A DNA stretch of 64,000 nucleotides, from contig CBDHDC010000002.1 of assembly GCA_965261195.1 (NCBI GenBank), forward strand, positions 35,266 through 99,265, read 5' to 3'. The notes under the pieces were generated by a model. The model was not told where the DNA came from. It saw nothing but the letters and a program-made list of their open reading frames with translations, and searched no databases. The position numbers and the translations under genes are program-made. This DNA is from Dehalococcoidia bacterium. GTDB taxonomy: Bacteria; Chloroflexota; Dehalococcoidia; Lucifugimonadales; UBA3495. Below, one piece after another: positions 37,033-46,521 of the stretch (positions within the stretch are counted from its first letter, which is position 1; every line of letters starts with the position of its first letter).

Positions 37033-39826
37033 CTTGAGAATTATCAAGATCGTTCAGGAGCTGCTTTTCGATCAGGACGGCATGGTTGCGGTCACGCCAG
37101 CCCTGATCGCAGAAAAGATCGATTGTGCCCTCGCGCTGAATTCGAGGTGGCGAGATGAGCTGGATCGCCAAGCAGTAATGGATGAACTCATCCGCCGCTT
37201 CAGCCTGTGGATCGGCCAGGACGCCACGCTTCAGAGCGGTGAAGGACATAGGGATTGGCTGACCGCAGGGCGCAAGCAGGACTGGCGATATTGGCGGCGT
37301 TTTCGCGATTGGCTGGAGGGCCAGCTCGCAATCAGAGCCGTGGATGCCCTCGACCGTTCCACCGATTCCGTCCTCTCCCTGTTGGAGGACCCATCTCGCG
37401 AGGGCCCTTGGGACCGCCGTGGGCTTGTTGTCGGGCATGTGCAGTCGGGCAAGACGAGCCACTACAGTGGCCTCATCTGCAAGGCCGCGGATGCCGGCTA
37501 CAAGATCATCATCGTCCTCGCGGGACTGCACAACAACTTGCGCGCACAAACTCAGGTGCGCCTGGACGAGGCGTTTCTTGGTTTCAAGACCAGTGCCATC
37601 GATGGCGACCCCTTTGTAACCATAGGCGTGGGAAAATTCGATTCTGACCAAAGCATACGGCCGAACTATGCCACGAACCGCACAGAGAGGGGCGATTTCA
37701 GCACTCGAATCGCCCGCAGCCTCGGCATCACCCCGGAACAGCGCCCTTGGCTGTTTGTGGTCAAGAAGAACAAGACTGTTCTTGAACGCCTGCTTGGCTG
37801 GATACACAACCACGCGGCCGACACACACGACAGGGAGACCGGGCGGCCCATGGTCACCAACCTCCCGCTCCTTCTCATCGATGACGAGGCCGATCACGCA
37901 AGTGTGGATACCAGGGAGATGCTGCTCGACGAGAACAGCGAACCGGATGAGGAACACAAGCCTACAACGATCAACCGGCTTATCCGCAGCATCCTGTACA
38001 GTTTCTCGCGATCCGCATGTGTTGGCTATACCGCAACGCCTTTCGCGAATATCTTCATCCACGAACAAGGCCGCACGCGCGCGGAAGGCTCGGACCTTTT
38101 CCCCGAGGCGTTCATCATCAATCTGGCGGCGCCTTCCAACTATGTCGGTCCGGTGAAGGTATTTGGGAGTCGTGTTGAAAACGGACGCAGTGGCGGGCTA
38201 CCCCTGGTGCGTCAGGTGACGGATTTCCATGAATGGGTACCGACAGGGCATAAGAACGGCCACCAGCCCCTTTGCGAGGGAATGGACGAAATTCCTCCAT
38301 CCCTAAGCGAGGCCATCAACGCTTTTCTTCTTTCCTGCGCATTGCGGCGGTTGCGCGGCCAGGCAAGGGAACATTGTTCAATGCTTGTACACGTCACCCG
38401 CTTCACTTCGGTCCAGCGAACGGTTCACGCCCAAATTGGGGATCAGGTGCGCCGTCTGAACCAGCGGCTTGTCCGTCGCATCGGTCATGAGTCGATCCTT
38501 GCTGAACTGCGAGCGTTATGGGAGCGTGATTTTGTTGCCACCACTGCCTTCTTGGCCGACGAATCTGAAGATATCAGACGCTATCGGAACGTGCGGTGGG
38601 AGGAGGTCGAAGCGACCCTGTCGGAGGTCGTCGCCGACATCCAAGTACGGATGATCAACGGGACCGCCGGGGATGCCCTGGACTACGCCGACAATCAGGA
38701 AATAGGGCTGAAGGTGATCGCCGTTGGCGGCGACAAGCTTGCGCGCGGACTTACCCTCGAAGGATTGACCGTCAGCTATTTCCTGCGTGCTTCCAAGATG
38801 TACGACACCCTGATGCAGATGGGGCGCTGGTTCGGCTATCGCCCAGGGTACATCGATCTGTGTCGGCTCTATACCACTCAGGATTTAGTCGAATGGTTCG
38901 AGCATATTGCAGATGCCTCGGAGGAACTTCGCGAGGAATTCGATTTCATGGCAGCAAGCGGTGCAACGCCACGGGAATACGGTCTCAAGGTGCAGTCCCA
39001 TCCGACGCTCATGGTGACATCGAAGCTCAAGATGAGAACAGCCAGGGATCTTGAGTTGTCTTTCAGCGGCCAGCTTCTGGAAACTGTGACCTTCTACCGA
39101 GAGCCCAGCATTCTTCAGGGGAACCTTGATGCCGCGGGAAGGTTGCTTTTGTCGCTCGGCACGCCGCAATCTAATCCGAGGCGACGCGGCAACGCCTGGG
39201 AAGGAAGCCATCTGTGGGAGGGCGTGCCGGCCACCGATATCGTCACTTTTCTTGACGGCTATCGGAGCCACCCGGAGGCACACAAAGTCAACAGTGCCCT
39301 TCTCGCAGAGTTCATTCGGTCGCTTGCTTCGGAGAACGAGTTGACTCGATGGACGGTCGCTCTTATTGGTGCGAGTAGGGGCGAAGGGAGTATCTGCCCC
39401 CTTTCTGGTGGAATTGTGGTCAGAATGCTGATGCGCTCCGCGCATGGACGGCATCCCGACCGCTACTCGATCGGCCGTCTCATGTCACCCCGTGACGAGG
39501 CTATTGACCTGAATGAGGCTACGTGGATGGAAGCCCTGGACAAGACGATCGAGGCGTTCCATGCCGATCCCGGGAGGAGCAATTCCAGGGAAGAGCCTAC
39601 AGTGCCCAGCGGAAGGGCCATCAGGGATGTTCGCCCCAAGGCTCGTGGCGTCATGTTCCTTTATGTGCTCGATCCGACCTTGGCCGGTCCGGGTTCCGGC
39701 TTGTCGGAGCAATCGCCGCCGGTCTTGGGTTTCGCCCTCAGTTTCCCCGCGAGCAATTCAGGAATCCGCGTGAAATACAAAGTCAATAACATCCTCTGGG
39801 GACAGGAATATGGCGGCTCCGAATGA
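37019..39826 (+). CDS. Z1-domain protein (P-loop / helicase-like)
   Basis: GTG start after AGGAGGAG. Motifs are GHVQSGKTSHYSGLICKAADAGYKIIIVLAG, LLIDDEADHASV and LARGLTLEGLTVSYFLRASKMYDTLMQMGRWFGYRPGY. Confidence 0.85.
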   Translation: MSATDLRIIKIVQELLFDQDGMVAVTPALIAEKIDCALALNSRWRDELDRQAVMDELIRRFSLWIGQDATLQSGEGHRDWLTAGRKQDWRYWRRFRDWLEGQLAIRAVDALDRSTDSVLSLLEDPSREGPWDRRGLVVGHVQSGKTSHYSGLICKAADAGYKIIIVLAGLHNNLRAQTQVRLDEAFLGFKTSAIDGDPFVTIGVGKFDSDQSIRPNYATNRTERGDFSTRIARSLGITPEQRPWLFVVKKNKTVLERLLGWIHNHAADTHDRETGRPMVTNLPLLLIDDEADHASVDTREMLLDENSEPDEEHKPTTINRLIRSILYSFSRSACVGYTATPFANIFIHEQGRTRAEGSDLFPEAFIINLAAPSNYVGPVKVFGSRVENGRSGGLPLVRQVTDFHEWVPTGHKNGHQPLCEGMDEIPPSLSEAINAFLLSCALRRLRGQAREHCSMLVHVTRFTSVQRTVHAQIGDQVRRLNQRLVRRIGHESILAELRALWERDFVATTAFLADESEDIRRYRNVRWEEVEATLSEVVADIQVRMINGTAGDALDYADNQEIGLKVIAVGGDKLARGLTLEGLTVSYFLRASKMYDTLMQMGRWFGYRPGYIDLCRLYTTQDLVEWFEHIADASEELREEFDFMAASGATPREYGLKVQSHPTLMVTSKLKMRTARDLELSFSGQLLETVTFYREPSILQGNLDAAGRLLLSLGTPQSNPRRRGNAWEGSHLWEGVPATDIVTFLDGYRSHPEAHKVNSALLAEFIRSLASENELTRWTVALIGASRGEGSICPLSGGIVVRMLMRSAHGRHPDRYSIGRLMSPRDEAIDLNEATWMEALDKTIEAFHADPGRSNSREEPTVPSGRAIRDVRPKARGVMFLYVLDPTLAGPGSGLSEQSPPVLGFALSFPASNSGIRVKYKVNNILWGQEYGGSE

Positions 39827-40829
39827 CATGGACGGTCTTCGTGCCGCTTGGCGGGCGCTAGCCAGCAACCGGCATGGCGAAGGTTGGCGAACTATTCCGA
39901 TTACAGTCCGCGCCCCCTGCGCGCTCTTTGCCGGCAGACGGATGCCCGGTGGCGAGGAGGCCATGCTGATCGGATTCCGTACCATCCGCAATGTTCCGGA
40001 TTCCCATCTGCCCCAAGGCCGTGGGTTCCAGGTTTGCAGGCTCCAAGCCGACCCAACCGGCGACGGCCGTACCATGTTGGCGTTGACCCGGGCGTCAATC
40101 GGAAGCCCCGAGCTGTTCGCCATGATGGCCGAGGATATGGTCGACCTTTTGAACGGCTGCACGACATCGGAAGAAGAGGAGGTTTTCCAGCGTTTCCTCG
40201 CACGCATTCGCGCTTGGCAGGACTTCATGGACCGACGCAAGGAAGGGGTTCTTTCTGCAGAGGCTGAGCAGGGCCTGTTCGGGGAACTCGTTATGCTGGA
40301 GTGTATGATGGACACGGGTGTACCGGCGAGGGATATCCTGGATGCTTGGCAGGGGCCGCTGGGCGGTCTTCAGGATTTCATACTTGGCACCGGTGGTATC
40401 GAAGTGAAGACGACCCTTTCCGCTGTCGGATTTCTCGCGATGGTGTCTTCCCTTGGGCAACTAGACGAGGATCTGCGTCAGCCGATCTTCTTGGCCGCCG
40501 TCAGGCTCGCCCTTCATCCTTCCGGCACGACGCTCGTCGAAATGTCTGACGCCATAAGGACGAGGCTTGGCGACAATCAAGGTGCGCTTGAAATATTCGA
40601 GACCCGCCTGATGCAAGCCGGTCTTCTCCGTACGGCGGCCGGACGGTACACTCGTCGCTTCCTCCACGCCTCCAGCGCCATCCTGGCCTTGCAGGAGGAT
40701 TTTCCACGATTGACGCGCGCTAACGTCCATCCCGTGATCAGGGAGGCCTGGTACGAGATCGATCTCGATCTGGCTGGAGCGGAGGATATCGGCCTGCAAG
40801 GGGCGCTTGAATCTTTGGGGGCAATTTGA
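39810..40829 (+). CDS. PD-(D/E)XK-motif protein (DUF4420-like)
   Basis: LQDFILGTGGIEVKTT is a D...E.K nuclease-like core. The gene overlaps both neighbours. Confidence 0.7.
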   Translation: MAAPNDMDGLRAAWRALASNRHGEGWRTIPITVRAPCALFAGRRMPGGEEAMLIGFRTIRNVPDSHLPQGRGFQVCRLQADPTGDGRTMLALTRASIGSPELFAMMAEDMVDLLNGCTTSEEEEVFQRFLARIRAWQDFMDRRKEGVLSAEAEQGLFGELVMLECMMDTGVPARDILDAWQGPLGGLQDFILGTGGIEVKTTLSAVGFLAMVSSLGQLDEDLRQPIFLAAVRLALHPSGTTLVEMSDAIRTRLGDNQGALEIFETRLMQAGLLRTAAGRYTRRFLHASSAILALQEDFPRLTRANVHPVIREAWYEIDLDLAGAEDIGLQGALESLGAI

Positions 40830-42622
40830 TGGAGCTGGGGGAATTCCTATTGCAGACACGGGCGGAGGTGAAGGAGGAGATAGCCGACCGTCTCTCCGTT
40901 CCGGGCGGCGCCTACCCGTACGAGGAAACGGTCTTCACCGAGGTGATCATGGAACACATGACAGAGGTGGGAATGACCTTTGAACCGCAGGCATGCCATT
41001 ACTCGGCGACCGTCGGCAACGCCAAGCTACGTCTGAGTGGCTTGGCAGTCTCGGATGACGGCGACCAACTCGACCTCTGTGTAAGTCTCTATGAAGGTGT
41101 GGAGACGTTAACCCCCATTTCCGACACTGAAACCAAGAAGGCTGCCGAACAGTGCCTCCGTTTTCTGACCAGATGCGCCGAGGGGCGTCTTGCGTCGATG
41201 ATGGATCAGTCCAACGACGCTTACAGCGTTGCACACACCATACATGAGAGTTACCCCTCGCTCGATCAGATCCGCATCTTTGTCCTGACGGACAGACTGG
41301 CGAAGACGAAGAATTTCAAGACCCGAAACGTAAAGGGCAAGACGATCAAGCTGGAAGTCATGGACATCGAACGACTCTGGCGCCACTGGGCGGAAGGCAA
41401 GCCTCGAGACGAACTGGTGGTCAATTTCGAGAACGTGTCCGGCAACCCCTTGCCCTGCGTCTACATACCTGGTGAAGAGATGACGGACTACGATTATGCC
41501 CTCACCGCCATCCCCGGCGAGGCACTGCGTTTCGTCTACGAGAAATACGGCTCACGGTTGCTGGAAGCCAACGTCCGCTCTTTCCTCAGTGTAACCGGCA
41601 AGGTGAACCGGGGGATCCGGGACACGCTGAAGGAAAACCCCGAACAGTTCATGGCCTTCAACAACGGCATCGTTGTTGTCGCAGACGAAATTCATTTCGG
41701 CCGGACCGCCGATGGCGCCCCCAGCATCTCTTGGTTGAAGGGCATGCAGATTGTCAATGGCGGCCAGACGACGGCGTCCCTCTATTTCACCAAGAAGAGA
41801 AACCCGGAAATCGACCTGCGACGCGTCCGTATTCCTGCCAAGATCATTGTACTCCGCTCCCAAGATGTCGATGGAGAGGAGGGATTGATTTCCGACATCT
41901 CGAAATACGCCAACAGCCAGAACTCAGTGAAACTATCCGACCTGTCGGCGAACAAGCCCTTCCACGTCAAAGTTGAGCAGTTGTCTCTCACGACCTACTG
42001 TCCCGATGGAGTCAGCCGCTGGTTCTACGAGCGGTCGGCAGGAAGCTACAAGACCATGCTGGCGCGTGAGGGAACGACGCCCGCACGGCTCAGAAAGCTC
42101 AAGAATGACATCCCATCATCCCGAAAGATCACCAAGACAGACTTGGCGAAGTTCCTGAACGCTTGGGACTGCAAGCCTCAATTTGTCAGTTTCGGCGCAC
42201 AGAAGAATTTCGAACGATTCATGGAAAATGTCGGGGATAGTGAGCATCAGAGCGCGGCACCCCTCCCCGATCTGGCGGAATACAAGCAGATGATTGCAAG
42301 GGCGATCATTTTCAAGACAACTCACAAGCTGGTCAGACCGATGTTCCCCGCCTTCCAGGCCAATGTCGCCGCCTACACCGTGTCTGTGCTGTCCTCACGG
42401 ATCGGCAGCCGGCTTGATCTCGACAGAATCTGGCAGCAGCAGGCCATCTCCGCGCGGCTCGGAGAACAGGTCCATATCTGGGCGCGGGAGGTGAACGACC
42501 TGCTCTACGTCAGCGCCAACGGGCGGATGATTTCTGAATGGGCCAAGAAGGCTGAATGCTGGGAAACTGTGCTCAACAGAGATCTCTCCACGCCGCTCAC
42601 CGGTATCCCGGAAATGCGATGA
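40826..42622 (+). CDS. AIPR (abortive-infection phage-resistance) family protein
   Basis: The layout and blocks (FLSVTGKVNRGIRDTL...FNNGIVVVAD...VNGGQTT) fit the AIPR family. Confidence 0.8.
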   Translation: MMELGEFLLQTRAEVKEEIADRLSVPGGAYPYEETVFTEVIMEHMTEVGMTFEPQACHYSATVGNAKLRLSGLAVSDDGDQLDLCVSLYEGVETLTPISDTETKKAAEQCLRFLTRCAEGRLASMMDQSNDAYSVAHTIHESYPSLDQIRIFVLTDRLAKTKNFKTRNVKGKTIKLEVMDIERLWRHWAEGKPRDELVVNFENVSGNPLPCVYIPGEEMTDYDYALTAIPGEALRFVYEKYGSRLLEANVRSFLSVTGKVNRGIRDTLKENPEQFMAFNNGIVVVADEIHFGRTADGAPSISWLKGMQIVNGGQTTASLYFTKKRNPEIDLRRVRIPAKIIVLRSQDVDGEEGLISDISKYANSQNSVKLSDLSANKPFHVKVEQLSLTTYCPDGVSRWFYERSAGSYKTMLAREGTTPARLRKLKNDIPSSRKITKTDLAKFLNAWDCKPQFVSFGAQKNFERFMENVGDSEHQSAAPLPDLAEYKQMIARAIIFKTTHKLVRPMFPAFQANVAAYTVSVLSSRIGSRLDLDRIWQQQAISARLGEQVHIWAREVNDLLYVSANGRMISEWAKKAECWETVLNRDLSTPLTGIPEMR

Positions 42623-42972
42623 AGCCAAGGTGGATGATAGCCCATGCCGGAATATTGACAGGGGCATTGACCCAGCCCAGGCTTTCGCGTAAGTCAGACA
42701 AGGTCTTGATCTTGAACCCGGATACGCATATTGCATAGGATTGGCGGAGAGACTCCGTTGAGAGCTGACATAGTGCCTTGACCTGGGAATGGTGTAAAAA
42801 TCGGCCTGACTTTCGGGAACATTGATGGTCGTCGATCCAGGCCCTTGAATCGGGGTCGCAGTTTGAGATATTCCAGGGTCAGGGATGGCCTTGCCGCAAA
42901 TCGCGTAGCGCTCAAATGCGCAAGCGGAAGCGTGACAGGCTCCACCGAGTCCAATGGTGTGTGAGAAAGCTT

Positions 42973-43227
42973 ATGAATGAATGGCCGTTGCAGGATGCCA
43001 AGAACCGATTCAGTGCCATTGTCGATGCCGCGGTCGCGGGGGATCCGCAAAGGGTGATCCGACGCGGAAAGCCCGCGGTTGTAGTACTCGCAGCCGAAGA
43101 ATATGAGCGACTCTGCCAACTGGAGAAAACAAAGGCACCAACGTTCGCTGAATTGCTGCTCGCGATCCCGCAGGATGACGGAGAATTCGAGTCGCTCCGA
43201 CTGCCCTCCCGACCGGCTGACTTTTGA
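42973..43227 (+). CDS. Phd/YefM-type antitoxin (partner of VapC)
   Basis: The translation begins MNEWPLQDAKNRFSAIVDAAVAGDPQRVIRRGKPAVVVLAAEEYERL. It overlaps vapC by 4 nt. Confidence 0.85.
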   Translation: MNEWPLQDAKNRFSAIVDAAVAGDPQRVIRRGKPAVVVLAAEEYERLCQLEKTKAPTFAELLLAIPQDDGEFESLRLPSRPADF

Positions 43228-43634
43228 TGTTCCTGATCGACACGGATATTCTGTCGGCCCTGCGTAAACGACAGCGCAATCCACATGTCGTCCAATGGAT
43301 GCTGGATCAGCGGATGACGGATTTGTACTTGAGCGTGGTGTCCCTTGGGGAGATCGAGCGGGGAATCACGCAGCAACGTCACCGCGACCCAACGTTTGCG
43401 CATGTGCTGACCGCTTGGTTAGACAACGTGCTCGCGTTGTACCACACGCGGATTCTCGACGTTGACCTGCCTACGGCGCGGCGATGGGGCCGTCTATCCG
43501 CCGCGCTCGGGCATGAAGGTGCTGACCTGTTGATCGCGGCCACAGCGCTCGAACACGGATTGACGGTGGTGACCCATAACGTTCGGGACTTCGAACCGAC
43601 GGGAGTGCCGGTGCTGGATCCCTCGGTCCTGTAG
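43224..43634 (+). CDS. vapC: PIN-domain toxin VapC
   Basis: The translation runs MFLIDTDILSAL...SVVSLGEIERG...DLLIAATALEHGLTVVTHNVRDF. Confidence 0.9.
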   Translation: MMFLIDTDILSALRKRQRNPHVVQWMLDQRMTDLYLSVVSLGEIERGITQQRHRDPTFAHVLTAWLDNVLALYHTRILDVDLPTARRWGRLSAALGHEGADLLIAATALEHGLTVVTHNVRDFEPTGVPVLDPSVL

Positions 43635-43796
43635 GGATGAAGATATGAACCCATCCCTTAAGGAATCGGGGTCAGTGGGGGCAGCCGCTCAGTTGGACCG
43701 CCTGAACGTGCTGAAGATAGGGCATCTACGCGTGCCGTTGACACCTTTCAGGACCAGCTTGTCCCACCCGGCCGTCTCGTCTATTGGCATGATAAT

Positions 43797-44813
43797 TCAG
43801 GAGGCTGATTCACGGGTTCCCCGAAGAAATGTTTCCCACCTTTGTGCAAGTGCTTCACGGCTGGGGCCGCTCGTCGCCCGCACGTCGACCTTCAAGCCGT
43901 GGAGTGCCTCGTATCCGGCTTTGCGGGCGGCGGGCGACATGTGCACTTCGTGCGTGTCCGGATCGATACCCATAAGGTCGAGATCAAACAAGGTGTGCAG
44001 GTCAGCCCGAAGCAGCAAACCGTTGTCCGGATGGTTATCGGAGAGATTCCGATACGGCCAGATGTGGGCCGCCTCCACGATATCGACGAGCAGACATCTG
44101 GAAACCATGCATCTGGGGCCGTATCGCCTGATCAAATTGTTCCGGAATGTGCGTTGGCCACGACGCGCGCGAATAGTTGTCAGCACCTTTTCCCGGCTAT
44201 CTGTGGCTGAAGGCTGGTAGCCTGCTGGGGCTTCGTCATCACGATCGTCCGCGTCGTTCGGCGTCAGCGATCTCGTTTGGGCCGCGCCCGCAAGCAGGTC
44301 TGCCAAGTATGGCACCTGAGAGCGAAGCGCGAGACGATCTGGATTCAGCTCCTCAATCGATATTTGATCGCTGGGCCTTAAGGCTGCCTTCTTGATTTCG
44401 GATGTCTGGATGTCCACCGGCGGCGATTGGAATGTTCCCTGGAAGTGCGCCTCGTAAAGCGTGACCGTAACCGTCTCCTCCGCAGGGTCACTAAACTCGT
44501 GGCCTTTGTTACATCTCCAGCGTGGTGACTTTGTCCTTCGCTCCTTTATTCCGGTGGTGCCGCACATCGGGCACCGGAATCGCTGTTTCGATCCCTGACG
44601 AGAAGTCACCTGCTCGACCCTTGCTACGCCAAGCATTCTGTTCCGATCACGGAGCAGGACGACGTCTCCTGCGGAAAGCTGGAGGCTGTTGGCTACGTCA
44701 CTATCGTAACGATAGACCTCGGTGAGGTCGTCCTCGTAACCTGTGTTCCCTGCATACTGACGTCTCCCGGTTATGACGATCAGCGCCCAAGCTCTTCGAC
44801 CGACAACTTTCAT
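43797..44813 (-). CDS. HNH (HNH_2-type) endonuclease with an N-terminal PUA/SRA-like domain and a zinc ribbon; type IV restriction-like
   Basis: The C-terminus reads RGQRTFRNNLIRRYGPRCMVSRC...EAAHIWPY...DNGLLLRADLHTLFD. The centre has CPMCG...RWRCNKGH. Confidence 0.75.
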   Translation of the reverse strand: MKVVGRRAWALIVITGRRQYAGNTGYEDDLTEVYRYDSDVANSLQLSAGDVVLLRDRNRMLGVARVEQVTSRQGSKQRFRCPMCGTTGIKERRTKSPRWRCNKGHEFSDPAEETVTVTLYEAHFQGTFQSPPVDIQTSEIKKAALRPSDQISIEELNPDRLALRSQVPYLADLLAGAAQTRSLTPNDADDRDDEAPAGYQPSATDSREKVLTTIRARRGQRTFRNNLIRRYGPRCMVSRCLLVDIVEAAHIWPYRNLSDNHPDNGLLLRADLHTLFDLDLMGIDPDTHEVHMSPAARKAGYEALHGLKVDVRATSGPSREALAQRWETFLRGTRESAS

Positions 44814-45139
44814 TTTCTCACTCTTGTTCAGCCCCGCCTGCCGTATCAGATGGCCCGGAGAACCCGATGACGGCTTTGGCCCCGGTTGAGTTGTGTGAGG
44901 ATACGCCGAGGATAGGCCGTGTCGTCGACATAGTTGAGCAGGTTGATGGCCTTTTGTTGACCCGTCCCAGTTCCATGATTGTCAGCGGCAGGCTGGAGGG
45001 ACATTCGCTTCTCAGAAAAGAGCGCACCAGTTCCGAGGCCTGCACGGTGCCGAGCTTAGCGCAACTTCTCGTTCCAATGATTGTCACGGGCCGAATCCGG
45101 GCGTGGCAGCCCAGGTCTGTCCAGGCTGCCTTGGCTCTG

Positions 45140-45177
45140 CTTAACGTAATTCTGGATACAAACCTTGCGATGACGCC
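45140..45177 (-). repeat. 38-bp Tn3-family terminal inverted repeat, IRb (inverted relative to IRa)
   Basis: The reverse complement is GGCGTCATCGCAAGGTTTGTATCCAGAATTACGTTAAG. It matches IRa at 37 of 38 positions and has the canonical ACGTTAAG inner end. Confidence 0.8.
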
Positions 45178-45208
45178 GATCGCCCAACAAGTTGAAAGGA
45201 GAGCCAAA

Positions 45209-45988
45209 ATGTCAAGGCAGCTTCTGCTCGATCTGAATGGCAACAATAGCGGATTGTTTCTAAGGTGGTTAAATGCTTTCGATGGGGAACCAAGGATTGC
45301 CTGGTACCCTTCCTCTGGTGAAGATTTCAGAGATTTACTTTATCTGAACCCACGATACTCAGACCTCAGCCCTGCAACCAGAGCAGAACCTCGACACCCT
45401 GACATTTTTCTGCATACAGACTATTTCCCATGGGAAAGAGCGGCCCTTTTGCATGAGAGGGTGATCTACGATGATCTCAGGACCGTGGTTGAACGTCGCG
45501 GTATAGAAGAATTGCCAAGGTGCAATCTTCCCATCGATCCAGGAATCGTGGACTTCCCTGAAGGGGGTCCCGCGACTGGCCGTGTGGTTTTCCTGGACAT
45601 TTCTGTGACCTCGGAGAAACTGGGCAGCTTTTCTGCTCCTGTTGTTTATGCCTTCGTTGAAAATGAGGCTTTTTGTGCAAGGAAAATTCTCGCCAAGAAA
45701 GGAAAGATGTCGCACGTGATTCATGTCCGTTATGGTGGTGGGGCTGGTGGAGGAGGAAAATCATCTGGCATTTGGTTGTTAAATGTCTTGCGGAAGATAC
45801 AGTGTGAATGTTTTGTAACAGACAGCCACCACCACAGGCAAACAGGTGACCAACGGACCTATGGACTTTATCCTGATCTTTCGGGGAATGAGGATACAGA
45901 ACAACTTGAAGGGCCAATAAGAACTGTGTCCAGTAAAAGTTGGTCTTGCAATGGATGTGTCTCATGGAAAATTATTCGGCCAGCCTGA
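45209..45988 (+). CDS. hypothetical protein (259 aa), low-GC ORFan
   Basis: ATG at 45209 after AAAGGAGAG. GC is visibly lower than the surroundings. It contains a Gly-rich stretch, RYGGGAGGGGKSSG. Confidence 0.55.
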   Translation: MSRQLLLDLNGNNSGLFLRWLNAFDGEPRIAWYPSSGEDFRDLLYLNPRYSDLSPATRAEPRHPDIFLHTDYFPWERAALLHERVIYDDLRTVVERRGIEELPRCNLPIDPGIVDFPEGGPATGRVVFLDISVTSEKLGSFSAPVVYAFVENEAFCARKILAKKGKMSHVIHVRYGGGAGGGGKSSGIWLLNVLRKIQCECFVTDSHHHRQTGDQRTYGLYPDLSGNEDTEQLEGPIRTVSSKSWSCNGCVSWKIIRPA

Positions 45989-46266
45989 CAAGGGGCTTCC
46001 ACGGCACGGTACCTGTGCAGGGCAATCGCATTTTAACGATGCCAACAGTGGGCTCTCTCCAGGCCCTATGATAGGTTCCTCAGGTCGCTACACTTACTCC
46101 CCGTGTCTCGTTTCGACTCAGGAGCCCGCAGGTTCTTCAGCATCAGGACAGGGGCGGAACTGTGCTTCTCAGGAACGCGGCGCTCGCGTTCGACAGCCGC
46201 ACTTCGGCCTTTTAGGGTTTGCGATAGTAACGGAACAATTTTGGACATCAAGGGATCCAGCCACTT

Positions 46267-46294
46267 GGTTCCGATAAGTCGGCTTATGTCAACT
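46267..46294 (+). other. dif/Xer-like site a
   Basis: GGTTCCGATAA-GTCGGC-TTATGTCAACT, compared with E. coli dif GGTGCGCATAA-TGTATA-TTATGTTAAAT. Confidence 0.6.
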
Positions 46295-46521
46295 TTGACT
46301 TGGCGTGGTTGCTGGCTGAAATGGCTTTCGGACAGGCTTTCCCACCGGCGCCGGGACGCCCCGGGCCTGAAAGGTTCGGGGCCTGCATCCGGGTGGAGCG
46401 CCGGTGGGGTCGGTTGCAGAAAAGGGCGAAATGACAGTGCTAAGCGCCCGATCCAGTAGCCGAGTGAGCAAGCGGCTGTCCGCCCCAGAAGACTTGTGCT
46501 TCGCCACACGACGCCTCTGGT

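Noticed and set aside
30066-45182. Intact Tn3-family transposon insertion with 5-bp target duplication
   Set aside because: The flanking pentamers differ (AGAAT versus GATCG) and no tnpA is present. I therefore report only the IR-bounded structure, not a simple transposition event.
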